Positions 39,601 to 49,165 are shown, counted from the stretch's first letter. The stretch is 64,000 nt of DNA from Bacteroidales bacterium (GCA_045112395.1 JBGUHW010000021.1:4482-68481); one strand, 5' to 3'. Notes: a model not told the origin generated them from the sequence alone. Translations and numbers: made by a program.

Positions 39601-40306
39601 TTTCACCCTTGCATACGATTTGAGAAGAACAGGTAACATTACACTTAGAGCAAACTACACATTGCAGTGGGCAAAGGGTACTGGTTCAAGCTACGAATCA
39701 GGTGCTTCAATTGTTAAGTCAGATAATCCTAACTTAAGAACTATTCTTCCTTTGGATGTTGACCAGCGTCACAATTTCCAGATTGTACTTGACTACCGTT
39801 TTGGTGGTAAGGCCGATGGAACCCCATACAATGGTCCTAAGATCAGAGGTAAGCACATCCTTGCTAATACTGGTGTTAACTTTACTATCGTATCTGGTTC
39901 TGGTACACCTTATACAAAGCGAAACAAGCCGTCACAAGGTGTAATCGAAGGTTCTTTGAACGGTGCTACCAAGCCTTGGAGAACAAAGGTTGATATGAGT
40001 GTTTCGAGAGACATCAGACTCAGACTTGCTAAGGCTAAGGACGAAGGCTCTAAGGAAAAATATGGATACCTCAGGATATCGTTGGAAGTAACCAACCTGT
40101 TGAATTCAAAGACTCCTATGTATGTATATTCATATACGGGTAATGCAGGCGACGATGGTTACCTTAACTATGCTGACTACCAGACTCAGATTGCATCGCA
40201 GACTGACGAAGAAGCTTTCAGAAATTTCTATGCAATGTACATCAACCAGCCAGGTTATTACATGCTACCTACTACAGTAAGATTAGGTGTTAGTTTCTCA
40301 TTCTAA
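36662..40306 (+). CDS. Oversized TonB-dependent-receptor-like outer-membrane protein (CarboxypepD_reg-like, plug-like, long barrel)
   Basis: Signal peptide, LNGTVIDASTNEPVPFANV beta-sandwich, plug-like IRGSRSEDVVYYVDGVKV...GGVPAQYGDATGGIISLTTK, and terminal ...RLGVSFSF. Confidence 0.8.
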   Translation: MLRRIQLLILALLASAGLYAQVGTLNGTVIDASTNEPVPFANVSIEENGNVVTGGMTDFDGRFSIKPIKAGKYDVSASYIGYGTVKYSNVQITAGQITFQNFKLKPEAEMLAEVEVIEYKVPLIQKDQTQSGGTMTSEDISRMTARSADAVASTVGGVYSENGSVGSIRGSRSEDVVYYVDGVKVRGSSNVPKSAIEQVSVITGGVPAQYGDATGGIISLTTKGPASEFWGGAEILCSVEGYGYNLAGLTLSGPIWTKTDAETNRKRTIMGFMISAEGAYILDGSPSAVGEWRAFDDVKEDMTTNPLRLVESDQGAVVYQNTLYLKDDSFYNKRRRSNATNKNLNIAAKIDIAPIRDLDITFGTNIYLADARIYSRSNSLFNSENNGRQKYGSYRMYGRLTQKFREKEDEEGEKKSFFRNPYYVIQVDYTKVHSQSGDINHWDNYFDYGYVGKFDISPNKFYSFAQDSVTGLTANCMETFFYEVDNFEGGSLNPALANYTNQFYDYMGGSFSTMYTQYIQAYGGLLNGEVPNSIYGMWQVPGVSYGSYSKSDATQLRVSANASADLGGHEISLGFEFEQRSDSYFGVSPLGNQIGLWGLARKLTNSHIEEIDKTQPYVYRDDNGLFLDTIDYPRIYNASTQKRFDKHLREALGLAVDGTDWINIDSYDPSTFDLNWFSADELFNQGSTFVSYYGYDYAGNKLNYKPTFEDFFTKDVDGDGFLDRPIAPFEPTYMAGYIQDKFAFKDLIFNIGVRIDRYDANQSVLKDQYTLHNAYTVGNKEVDLINSTNHPGNIPDEAVVYVNDINNPTEITGYRVGSVWYNASGLEIDNPNSIQGANGISPYLVDPNEELNASAFRDYQPQVVVMPRIAFSFPISEDALFFAHYDILSQRPQTYDQLNPIEYMYIRQLGTTTLNNPDLKTEKTIDYELGFQQKLGNTSSIKLSAFYREMRDKLQTISVYGAYPITYYTLGNIDFGTVRGFTLAYDLRRTGNITLRANYTLQWAKGTGSSYESGASIVKSDNPNLRTILPLDVDQRHNFQIVLDYRFGGKADGTPYNGPKIRGKHILANTGVNFTIVSGSGTPYTKRNKPSQGVIEGSLNGATKPWRTKVDMSVSRDIRLRLAKAKDEGSKEKYGYLRISLEVTNLLNSKTPMYVYSYTGNAGDDGYLNYADYQTQIASQTDEEAFRNFYAMYINQPGYYMLPTTVRLGVSFSF

Positions 40307-40339
40307 ATTATTATAAAGAAAAAATACAAATATCACGAT

Positions 40340-43300
40340 ATGAAAAGATTAAATAAAATAGTATTTGTAGTAATACTTGGTCTTTGTTCAAATTATGCCT
40401 TTGCTGACAAATGGTTGGGTACAGTCAATGTTACCCCAACTGCTAAGGCTTCTGGCGGATGCGAGTCGGCAAGAACTTCGACTGACTTGAAATTGAACAA
40501 TGTAGTAGCAAGAGTTCACACCGGTGGTGATATGTGGTGGGACTTGCAGGGCAAGGCAAAATACGAAGTGCCAAGGGGCGGTGGTATCCACGCCTTGTAT
40601 TGTTCGGCTATCTGGGTAGGTGGAAAGGATGCTAACGGACAGTTAAAACTTGCTGCTCAACGTTATCGTCAGGTAGGTATCGACTATTGGCCCGGCCCTC
40701 TGATTATTTCTGGTGCAGAAATAGCATCTGTTTCTTCAGACATTTGCCGTCAATATGATAAGCATTTTTGCGTATCAAAGCAACAGGTAAAAGATTTTAG
40801 AGACTGGTATAATTGTAGCACTAATCCAGAATGTGATCCAGATCCAGAATATACTATTCCGGATATTATTCGTGATTGGCCAGCTCATGGACCAGAAGGC
40901 GGTTATGATTATAACTTGGCTCCTTTCTATGATATGGATGGTGACGGTTACTACGATTGCAACAGAGGCGATTTCCCATATTTCGAATTTGCAAACGAAG
41001 GTATTACCGAGGACCCGGATTGCTTGAGACCACGTGGTCAGGCAGCTCGTCTATTCGGTGACTACTCTATGTGGTGGGTTTATAACGATAAGGGTAACAT
41101 CCACACTGAAACTGGTGGCGCCGCTATCGGATTCGAATTCAGGGCACAGGCATTTGCTTTCCAGACAAACGATGCATTGAACGATATGACATTCTACAAC
41201 TACAGAATAATCAACCGTTCGACATATACCTTATATAATACATATTTCGGTGTGTTTGTTGATGGTGATTTGGGTAACGGATATGACGATTTTGTTGGTT
41301 GCGATGTTCAGCGTGGTCTTGGTTTCTTTTACAACGGTGATGACGATGACCAGGATTATAGCGGTACAAAGGGTTACGGTTCACAGCCTCCTGCAATCGG
41401 TATCGACTTCTTCGAAGGTCCTTATCAGGATCCTGATGGTATGGATAACTCAACAAGTTATGTTGAAGTTTCTGGAAAGAAGGTACTCGATTGTACAGTA
41501 GGTGACTTTAAGAATGGTAACATCAATGGTTTGAACTTCGGTGATGGTACTGTAGATAATGAACGTTGGGGTATGAGACGTTTCATTTACTTCAACAACA
41601 CTACAGGTGGTAATGAAAACAAGACCGACCCGCAGACAGCTGTTGAATACTATAACTACATGACTGGTTTTTGGAAAGATAACACACCCCTTCTCTATGG
41701 TGGTGATGGATATTCTCCACAGTTGGGTGCAGACGCATCTCAGCCGACAAACTTTATGTTCCCTGGTTCTTCAGATATATGCGGTTGGGGACAGGATGGT
41801 ATCATAAGAGAAAATTGGACAGAAGAAAACGGAAACAATGGACAATCCAATGCACCTGATGATAGACGTTTGATTCAGGCTGCTGGTCCTTTTACATTGA
41901 CTCCTGGTCAGGTAAACGATATCACAATCGGTGCTGTTTGGGCAAGAGCAACAGCTGGTGGTGCTTATGCTTCAGTTGAAGCAGTAAAAGTTGCTGACGA
42001 CAAGGCTCAGATTCTTTTCGAAAACTGCTTCCGCGTTCTTGATGGTCCTGATGCTCCAGACCTAAATATCGTTGAACTCGATAAGAGACTTATATTCCAC
42101 CTCTACAACAGAACAAGTTCCAATAACTATTTGGAAAGATATTCAGAAAAAGATCCATCATTGTTCTGCGGAGATTCTCTTGTCGACCCGTGTGACTTAT
42201 ACTATTATTTCCAGGGATATCAGGTGTTCCAGTTTAAGGATGCTTCTGTTTCAATGACAGATAGATATGATGGGAACAAGGCTCGTCAGGTTTTCCAGTG
42301 CGATATAAAGGATAATGTTTCTAAACTTGTCAATTATACATGGTCTGATGATCTTGAAGCAAATGTTCCTGCTCTTGAGGTTGATGGAGAAAATAAAGGT
42401 ATAACACATACATTTATCATTGATAAGGATTTCTTCGCAACAGGTGATTCTCGACTCGTTAACAATAGAGAATATTACTATAGTGCTATAGCTTATTCTT
42501 TCAACCCGACAATGAAATACGATCAGAATGACGAAAGTACATTCAAGGGTCAGAAGACTCCATATCTTGCAGGTCGTAATAACATTAAAATATATACAGC
42601 AACTCCTCACATTTCAAGTGTCGGTGGTACTATAATCCAAGGTGAATATGGGTATGGTCCAGAAATCACAATGCTTGAAGGCTACGGAAACGGAAACTGC
42701 GAGCTTGAATTGAAAGCAGAAACTATTGAGGACATTATGTCCGGTTATCCATGGAAGGTAACAGGAAGAACATACGAAAACGGTAAAGGCCCTATCAATG
42801 TGAAAATAATTGATCCTTTGAACATTGTTGACGATACTTATTATGTGAAATTCATTCCATCGAAGTCTAATTCAATTGGAACAATGGGAACTGCGGCATT
42901 TTTGTCAGAAAAATTTGTCCCATTCGAGTATAAAGTGTATAATTCGGCTGGCGATACGATATATTCTGAAGTATCTGTTGATTTGGGTTGTTCCAACGAG
43001 CAGTTGTTTATGAACTGGGGCTTCTCAATAGCAATATCGCAAGAGTTCCATGCTGGAGATCAGGATCACAATCCTAAGAATAATGGTGTTATATCTTCAA
43101 GCATTACTTTTGAAGATGAAACCAAACCTTGGTTGTCTTTTGTCCCAGATGATGATTCTTATCAGGAAGTGCAGGCACTTAAATGGACAAACTGGATTAG
43201 GACAGGAACATTTAGGTACCCAAGCGTTGAGGCTGGTACCTACGACCTCGACTTGCAAGATTTCTATGGAGAAGATGGTGTGTTGGGAGACGCAAACCAG

Positions 43301-44491
43301 AATTTTGAAAAGATATGTGGTGGAACATGGGGACCTGCTTATTATGTGAACGATAAGAAGTTCGGTCTTATGCCTAAGGGAACAAGAGCAAATATGTCTC
43401 TAAAATCAAAGCAGTTACTTACTTCTGTTGACATTGTAATCACATCCGATAAATCGAAATGGACTAAGTGTTGTGTTGTTGAAATGTGTGAAAATGAGTG
43501 GAGTACAGATAGCTATGGCTTTGATGATGCAGATACTCGAGTAAACTATAATAGTTATGATGGTGCACTGAAATTCGGATTGAGAAAGAGTCCTTCTGTT
43601 GATAAGGAGGGTAATCCTTTGAATGACGGTACACACGGAATGGGATGGTTCCCTGGATATGCGATTGATGTTACTACAGGAGAACGTCTGAACATTATGT
43701 TTGGCGAGGATTCGTGGATGACAGGTGAAAATGGTTGTGATATGATTTGGAATCCAACAGCACAATATAGCGATCAACATTACAATCCGATTCTCGGTGG
43801 AAAACATTATATCTATATAATGGCTAATGAACGCGAATCTGGTGCAGATGGTAGTGTAGATGCATCTAATGCTCCTGCTTACGATGAGTGTAATTACATC
43901 TATCAGAAACTGATGAAATACGAAACAACAGGTTCAACTTTGCATTTGAGTGATGTATATAAGAGCGTTATGTGGTGTGCAATACCAATGGTAAATACTA
44001 AATATGAGTTGCTTGCTACTGATGTTAAAATAAGAATCAGAGTTTCTACTCCATATCATATTGGTAAGAGAGAATTTGCAATAGAAAATCCAGAAAATGA
44101 AAATGCTCCATTGTTTAGATTCTCGACCTCCGATATCAAGACAATTTTCGACGATCAGGAAACTGCAGAAAATGCACTCGACCTTATAAGAGTTGTTCCT
44201 AATCCATACTATGGATCGTCATACTACGAGTCGAACCAGTTGGATAATAGAGTAAGAATCACCAACTTGCCTAAGACTTGTACGGTTTCGATTTACAATA
44301 TTAATGGAACAATGGTAAGACGTTTCGACAAGGATACGGAAACAACATTCTTAGAATGGGATCTTACAAACTCTGCAAATATCGTAATATCTAGTGGTGT
44401 TTATCTGATCCATATAAAAGCTCCAGGCATTGGAGAAAAAGTGGTTAAATGGTTCGGAGCACTTCGTCCAACAGATTTGAATAACTTCTAA
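40340..44491 (+). CDS. 1383-aa secreted protein of unknown function with Asp/Gly-rich clusters and a T9SS-like C-terminal tail
   Basis: Signal peptide (NYAFA/DK). No named catalytic domain recognised. 33-nt gap to the upstream gene and 14-nt gap to the downstream gene. Confidence 0.75.
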   Translation: MKRLNKIVFVVILGLCSNYAFADKWLGTVNVTPTAKASGGCESARTSTDLKLNNVVARVHTGGDMWWDLQGKAKYEVPRGGGIHALYCSAIWVGGKDANGQLKLAAQRYRQVGIDYWPGPLIISGAEIASVSSDICRQYDKHFCVSKQQVKDFRDWYNCSTNPECDPDPEYTIPDIIRDWPAHGPEGGYDYNLAPFYDMDGDGYYDCNRGDFPYFEFANEGITEDPDCLRPRGQAARLFGDYSMWWVYNDKGNIHTETGGAAIGFEFRAQAFAFQTNDALNDMTFYNYRIINRSTYTLYNTYFGVFVDGDLGNGYDDFVGCDVQRGLGFFYNGDDDDQDYSGTKGYGSQPPAIGIDFFEGPYQDPDGMDNSTSYVEVSGKKVLDCTVGDFKNGNINGLNFGDGTVDNERWGMRRFIYFNNTTGGNENKTDPQTAVEYYNYMTGFWKDNTPLLYGGDGYSPQLGADASQPTNFMFPGSSDICGWGQDGIIRENWTEENGNNGQSNAPDDRRLIQAAGPFTLTPGQVNDITIGAVWARATAGGAYASVEAVKVADDKAQILFENCFRVLDGPDAPDLNIVELDKRLIFHLYNRTSSNNYLERYSEKDPSLFCGDSLVDPCDLYYYFQGYQVFQFKDASVSMTDRYDGNKARQVFQCDIKDNVSKLVNYTWSDDLEANVPALEVDGENKGITHTFIIDKDFFATGDSRLVNNREYYYSAIAYSFNPTMKYDQNDESTFKGQKTPYLAGRNNIKIYTATPHISSVGGTIIQGEYGYGPEITMLEGYGNGNCELELKAETIEDIMSGYPWKVTGRTYENGKGPINVKIIDPLNIVDDTYYVKFIPSKSNSIGTMGTAAFLSEKFVPFEYKVYNSAGDTIYSEVSVDLGCSNEQLFMNWGFSIAISQEFHAGDQDHNPKNNGVISSSITFEDETKPWLSFVPDDDSYQEVQALKWTNWIRTGTFRYPSVEAGTYDLDLQDFYGEDGVLGDANQNFEKICGGTWGPAYYVNDKKFGLMPKGTRANMSLKSKQLLTSVDIVITSDKSKWTKCCVVEMCENEWSTDSYGFDDADTRVNYNSYDGALKFGLRKSPSVDKEGNPLNDGTHGMGWFPGYAIDVTTGERLNIMFGEDSWMTGENGCDMIWNPTAQYSDQHYNPILGGKHYIYIMANERESGADGSVDASNAPAYDECNYIYQKLMKYETTGSTLHLSDVYKSVMWCAIPMVNTKYELLATDVKIRIRVSTPYHIGKREFAIENPENENAPLFRFSTSDIKTIFDDQETAENALDLIRVVPNPYYGSSYYESNQLDNRVRITNLPKTCTVSIYNINGTMVRRFDKDTETTFLEWDLTNSANIVISSGVYLIHIKAPGIGEKVVKWFGALRPTDLNNF
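44192..44488 (+). other. T9SS type-A-like C-terminal sorting domain within the 1383-aa protein
   Basis: VVPNPYYG...TVSIYNINGTMVRRF...SSGVYLIHIKAPGIGEKVVKW pattern, with an insertion after PNP and a short extra tail. Confidence 0.55.
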
Positions 44492-44505
44492 AATAATAGC
44501 TCGAT

Positions 44506-45651
44506 ATGAAAAGAATATATTTGGTATCAATATTACTAATTTTAAGTTTAATTAGTACAGATTTATTTGCTGGAAACTGGCAGAGGGCTGGTCAGGCTGG
44601 TGCATCACAACTGCTGGTTAACCCATGGGCAAGAAGTTCGGGCTTTGGTGAGGCCAATGTGGCATGTGTTACTGGCTATGAAAGTATGCACTTGAATGTC
44701 GCAGGTTTGGCTTTTACCAAGAAGTTGGAAGTTGGTTTTAATAATTCACAGTACTTTGCTGGTTCTGGCATACAGGTAAATGCTGCTGCATTGGCAGTAA
44801 GAGTTGGCGAGAACAGCGTACTCGGTGCTATGGTTGATATGTTCAACTGGGGCGAAATCATTAGAACAACTGAGAATTTGCCGGAAGGTGGTATAGGAAC
44901 ATTTAAGCCGGGTTATACTGTTATTGGACTTTCGTATGCACGCGAATTCTCCAATAGTATTTATGGTGGTATCACGGTGAAAATGATTAACGAGCACATC
45001 GATAACCTTAGTGCTAATGGATTTGCACTCGATGCAGGTATCCAGTATATAACAGGTTTCGGTAAGGATAAGGCCGGTAATAGAAACCGTGACAATATCC
45101 ATTTCGGTATAACAATGAAGAATGTTGGAACAACAATGAAGTATTCTGGTGACGGTATGTCATTCGTTGGTGTTTCTCCTACAGGAACAAGCATGAGCGT
45201 TGAGAATAGAAGTCAGGAATATGAGCTTCCGTCATTGATTAAGATTGGCTTCTCATATCACATCAGATTAGCCGCTAAGATTGACGAAGATGATGAAACG
45301 GTTTACTCTAACCACAATCTCGCAATAGCTCTTAACTTCACTTCAAACTCCTTTACAAAAGATCAGTTCCACATCGGTATCGAATATTCGTTTATGGAAT
45401 ATTTGTTCATCCGTGCAGGTTATACCTACGAGAAAGGTTTGTATTCTGTATCAGATTGTACAACAGCCTTCTCTGGTCCATCAGCTGGTATAACTCTCCA
45501 GGCTCCATTGAAGAAGAAGGAAGAAGGAGCAAAGTATGGTTTAAATACAACGTCTGTAAGTACAAGACCAGTTATTGGTGTTGACTATTCTTACAGATTC
45601 ACAAACATACTTGGTGGCGTCCATACTTTTGGACTGAGAGTTACAATGTAA
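44506..45651 (+). CDS. PorV/PorQ-family-like outer-membrane beta-barrel protein
   Basis: Signal peptide. N-terminal GASQLLVNPWARSSGFGEANVA...MHLNVAGLAF pattern. Alternating beta-strand-like sequence throughout. Confidence 0.6.
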   Translation: MKRIYLVSILLILSLISTDLFAGNWQRAGQAGASQLLVNPWARSSGFGEANVACVTGYESMHLNVAGLAFTKKLEVGFNNSQYFAGSGIQVNAAALAVRVGENSVLGAMVDMFNWGEIIRTTENLPEGGIGTFKPGYTVIGLSYAREFSNSIYGGITVKMINEHIDNLSANGFALDAGIQYITGFGKDKAGNRNRDNIHFGITMKNVGTTMKYSGDGMSFVGVSPTGTSMSVENRSQEYELPSLIKIGFSYHIRLAAKIDEDDETVYSNHNLAIALNFTSNSFTKDQFHIGIEYSFMEYLFIRAGYTYEKGLYSVSDCTTAFSGPSAGITLQAPLKKKEEGAKYGLNTTSVSTRPVIGVDYSYRFTNILGGVHTFGLRVTM

Positions 45652-45678
45652 AAAACGTTTTGAGTTAATACTTATTGT

Positions 45679-45706
45679 CGGAAAGCCCATTCAAATGGGC
45701 TTTCCG
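45679..45706 (+). terminator. Hairpin terminator after the triad
   Basis: 11-bp stem cggaaagccca/tgggctttccg. Downstream sequence is only moderately T-rich. Confidence 0.7.
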
Positions 45707-45733
45707 ATTAAATTTTTCCAAAGCAAAATTTAT

Positions 45734-45741
45734 TACATTTG
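45734..45741 (+). promoter_or_regulatory. -7 box (TAcaTTTG) upstream of greA
   Basis: TAnnTTTG 67 nt before ATG 45808. Confidence 0.3.
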
Positions 45742-45807
45742 CGTTGGGAATCCCGAAAGAGAAAAGGGATTTCTTTTTGTTTGTATAACTTTAATAATTA
45801 AATAATT

Positions 45808-46281
45808 ATGTCTGATATTTCATATTTGACCGAAGAAGGTCTTAAGAAACTAAAAGATGAGTTGGATAGAATGGTGAATGTTGAGAGACCTAATATCTCT
45901 AAGCAAATTGCAGAAGCCCGCGATAAAGGTGATTTGTCTGAAAATGCAGAATATGATGCTGCAAAGGAAGCGCAGGGTCTTCTTGAAATGAAGATTAGTA
46001 AACTGCAGGAAACTATAAGGAACGCTCGTATTATTGATCCTTCACAGATAAATACCAATGCTGTTCAGATTCTTAACAAGGTGAAACTAAGAAATGTAAA
46101 GACCAACCAGGAGATGGAGTATACTATCGTTTCGGAATCGGAAGCAGATTTGAAAGCAAAGAAAATATCAGTTTCAACGCCTATAGCTAAGGGCTTACTT
46201 GGTAAGAAGGTTGGTGAAGTTGTTGATATTCAGGTTCCAAGCGGTATGGTTTCTTTCGAAATTGTTAACATTTCAATATAA
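45808..46281 (+). CDS. greA: Transcription elongation factor GreA
   Basis: 157 aa. N-terminal coiled coil (RDKGDLSENAEYDAAKE) and a C-terminal FKBP-like domain. Confidence 0.95.
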   Translation: MSDISYLTEEGLKKLKDELDRMVNVERPNISKQIAEARDKGDLSENAEYDAAKEAQGLLEMKISKLQETIRNARIIDPSQINTNAVQILNKVKLRNVKTNQEMEYTIVSESEADLKAKKISVSTPIAKGLLGKKVGEVVDIQVPSGMVSFEIVNISI

Positions 46282-46287
46282 TTAGTC

Positions 46288-46680
46288 ATGGCAACATTGT
46301 TTACAAGGATTATTAATGGAGAAATTCCATGCTACAAGGTGGCAGAGAATGATAAGTTTATTGCATTCCTTGACATTAACCCATTGAAGAAAGGCCATAC
46401 GCTTGTAGTGCCAAAGGAAGAGAAGGATTATATATTCCGTAATTCTGACGAGGTTTTGTCGGAAATACTTCTTTTCGCCAAAAAGGTAGCTGCTGCTTTG
46501 GAAAAGACAATAGAGTGCGAACGCATTGGTCTTATGGTACTTGGTTTGGAAGTTCCACATACGCATATACATCTTATTCCAATAAGTAAGGAAGGAGATA
46601 TGCTGCTGTCGAACTCGCGAGTAAAACTTACCGACGAGGAGTACAAGAAACTTGTAGAAGACATTAGGAAAAATATGTAA
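46288..46680 (+). CDS. HIT (histidine triad) family protein
   Basis: 130 aa with the HTHIHLIP triad. Confidence 0.9.
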   Translation: MATLFTRIINGEIPCYKVAENDKFIAFLDINPLKKGHTLVVPKEEKDYIFRNSDEVLSEILLFAKKVAAALEKTIECERIGLMVLGLEVPHTHIHLIPISKEGDMLLSNSRVKLTDEEYKKLVEDIRKNM

Positions 46681-46831
46681 ATCAGTAAGATATAAATGTT
46701 GAAGGCGGAATTTATTTCCGCCTTTTTGTTTTAATAATAATTCACATTCCAAGTTTAATAAACTGGCAAAAACCTTTGTTGCCACCATTATTAAAATCGC
46801 TATACTCGCAGAAGAATAAAAATATTGTAAA

Positions 46832-48181
46832 ATGAGAATACATTTCATAGCAATTGGCGGTGCAGCAATGCACAACTTGGCGATAGCGCTTTGCAAAAAA
46901 GGGTACAATGTATCAGGTTCTGACGATGAAATATTCGAGCCATCGCGCTCGCGTTTGGAAGCCTGCGGACTTCTGCCCAAGGACTTTGGCTGGCATCCCG
47001 AAAATATCACTGCTGATATTGACATTGTGATACTTGGTATGCATGCGCGCAAAGATAATCCTGAGCTAATCCGTGCCCAAGAACTTGGACTAAAAATTTG
47101 TTCCTATCCTGAATACCTATACGAGCAGACAAAGTCTAAAATGCGCGTCGTAGTGGGTGGAAGTCACGGCAAGACTACCATAACCTCGATGATTATGCAT
47201 GTACTTAAAAAAGCAAATCTTGGTTTCGACTATATGGTAGGTGCAAATATCAAGGGTTTCGACACTATGGTAAACCTTGAGGACAAGAACCGCGTTGCAA
47301 TTTTCGAGGGCGATGAATATTTGTCGTCACCTATCGACCTGACACCTAAATTCCACTGGTATAAGCCGCATATTGCAGTGCTTACAGGTATTGCATGGGA
47401 TCATATAAATGTTTTTCCAACCTTCCCGAAGTATGTGGAACAGTTTGAAATATTTGTAAAGTCAATTCAGTATGGCGGAAACTTGTTCTGGTATGAAGGT
47501 GACGAAAACTTGAAGAAAATAAGTCGTGTAAACCATGATATTAAGTCAGAATCATACGGCAAGATTGATGTCGTTGAAGAAGATGGCAAATACTGCGTTG
47601 TACGAGGTGACAAGAAATATGTACTCAATGTATTTGGAGACCACAACTTCCAGAATATAAATGCAGCATACAAGGTTTGCGAGAAACTTGGCGTAAAGGA
47701 TGACATTTTCTGGTCGGCAATGGAAACATTTGAAGGTGCTGCAAAGAGATTGCAGTTGGTTAAGGAAACCGATGATTCGGCGTTCTACATCGATTTTGCA
47801 CATGCACCTAGCAAACTAAAAGCAACTGTTAATGCCCTGAAGCAGAAATATCCGAAACGCAAGCTTATTGCCTGCATCGAATTGCATACTTTCAGCAGTC
47901 TGCAGAAGAATTTTATTCCTCAGTACAATGGTGCAATGGACAATGCCGATACCGCAATTGTATATTACAATCGAGAAGTGCTAAAGCACAAGCAGTTGCC
48001 TGATATTCCAGAGGAATATGTAAAGGAAAGTTTTGGTGGCAAGGTTATGGTTTTTACCGATACTGTAAAGTTGCAGGAATATCTTCGTACGACAGATTGC
48101 CATGGAACTAACTACTTGATGATGAGTAGTGGAAATTTCAATGGTGTAGACTTCAAGAAACTTGCCGATGAAATAATATAG
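46832..48181 (+). CDS. mpl: Mur ligase family: UDP-N-acetylmuramate:L-Ala-gamma-D-Glu-meso-DAP ligase (Mpl-like)
   Basis: IHFIAIGGAAMHNLA N-terminus, GSHGKTT P-loop, ~450 aa. Confidence 0.85.
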   Translation: MRIHFIAIGGAAMHNLAIALCKKGYNVSGSDDEIFEPSRSRLEACGLLPKDFGWHPENITADIDIVILGMHARKDNPELIRAQELGLKICSYPEYLYEQTKSKMRVVVGGSHGKTTITSMIMHVLKKANLGFDYMVGANIKGFDTMVNLEDKNRVAIFEGDEYLSSPIDLTPKFHWYKPHIAVLTGIAWDHINVFPTFPKYVEQFEIFVKSIQYGGNLFWYEGDENLKKISRVNHDIKSESYGKIDVVEEDGKYCVVRGDKKYVLNVFGDHNFQNINAAYKVCEKLGVKDDIFWSAMETFEGAAKRLQLVKETDDSAFYIDFAHAPSKLKATVNALKQKYPKRKLIACIELHTFSSLQKNFIPQYNGAMDNADTAIVYYNREVLKHKQLPDIPEEYVKESFGGKVMVFTDTVKLQEYLRTTDCHGTNYLMMSSGNFNGVDFKKLADEII

Positions 48182-48201
48182 AGGCAAGTCAATTGCGAAA
48201 T

Positions 48202-48228
48202 AAAAGCGGTTTAAAAGACCGCTTTTTT
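48202..48228. terminator. Bidirectional terminator between convergent mpl and uxs
   Basis: aaaagcggt/accgctttt 9-bp stem. The T-run overlaps the uxs stop codon. Confidence 0.85.
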
Positions 48229-49165
48229 ATTGTACGATTTTTTTGAAATATTCTATCGTACTGCGCAACCCATCATCAAGATTGATTTTTGGTTGCCATC
48301 CGTCAAGTAGTTCTTCGGCTTTTGTGATGTCAGGCTTGCGCTGCATAGGATCGTCAGCTGTTCGTTCGTGGAACTCGATTGTGCTTTTTGAGCCGGTAAG
48401 TTTTATGACCTTTTGTGCAAGCTCTAAAATTGTAAATTCAGAAGGATTACCAATGTTCACCGGTCCTATGATTTCATCAGGAGAGTTCATCATCCTTATT
48501 AGTCCATCAACAAGGTCGTCGACATATTGGAAACTGCGGGTCTGATTGCCCTTACCATATATGGTTATTGGCTTGTCTTGCAATGCCTGAACAATAAAGT
48601 TGGAAACCACGCGGCCATCGTCTGGTTGCATATTTGGTCCGTATGTGTTGAATATCCGCACAATCTTTATCCTTGCGTTGTTCTGTTCGTGGTAATTTAC
48701 AAACAGCGATTCTGCGCAACGCTTACCTTCATCGTAGCACGAACGTGAACCTATTGGGTTTACTCTTCCCCAGTAGGTTTCGGGTTGCGGATGTACATCG
48801 GGGTCACCGTAAACCTCGCTTGTTGATGCTTGCAATATCTTTGCTCCTACGCGTAGCGCTAGGTCGAGCATGTTTATTGCTCCCATTATTGAGGTTTTTA
48901 TTGTCTTTATCGGGGCGTTCTGATATTGTACAGGTGAAGCAGGGCATGCAAGGTTATAAATTTCATCAACTTCGATGAAAAACGGCATTGTAACATCGTG
49001 GCGCACCAACTCGAAATATGGATTGTCGAGAAGATGTATGATATTGTCTTTTGAACCAGAGGAATAGTTGTCGAGGCAGATCACTTCGTTGCCTTCGTTG
49101 AGTAGCCGTTCACACAAGTGCGAACCAATGAATCCTGCGCCTCCAGTTACTAATATCTTCTTCAT
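48227..49165 (-). CDS. uxs: UDP-glucuronate decarboxylase (UDP-xylose synthase), SDR family
   Basis: 312 aa. [10 protein letters not shown], a YxxxK-type core and high similarity of layout to UXS. Confidence 0.9.
   Translation of the reverse strand: MKKILVTGGAGFIGSHLCERLLNEGNEVICLDNYSSGSKDNIIHLLDNPYFELVRHDVTMPFFIEVDEIYNLACPASPVQYQNAPIKTIKTSIMGAINMLDLALRVGAKILQASTSEVYGDPDVHPQPETYWGRVNPIGSRSCYDEGKRCAESLFVNYHEQNNARIKIVRIFNTYGPNMQPDDGRVVSNFIVQALQDKPITIYGKGNQTRSFQYVDDLVDGLIRMMNSPDEIIGPVNIGNPSEFTILELAQKVIKLTGSKSTIEFHERTADDPMQRKPDITKAEELLDGWQPKINLDDGLRSTIEYFKKIVQ

Noticed and set aside
40340-44491. Calling the 1383-aa protein PorU (T9SS sortase) because it precedes a PorV-like gene
   Set aside because: I could not recognise gingipain/C25-type catalytic His/Cys motifs or PorU-like sequence blocks, so the assignment would rest on gene order alone. 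I left it as unknown pending an HMM search.
46282-47052. 256-aa minus-strand ORF spanning the HIT gene and the mpl start
   Set aside because: It is antisense to two confidently identified genes and crosses their intergenic terminator and promoter region. It has no recognisable motif.
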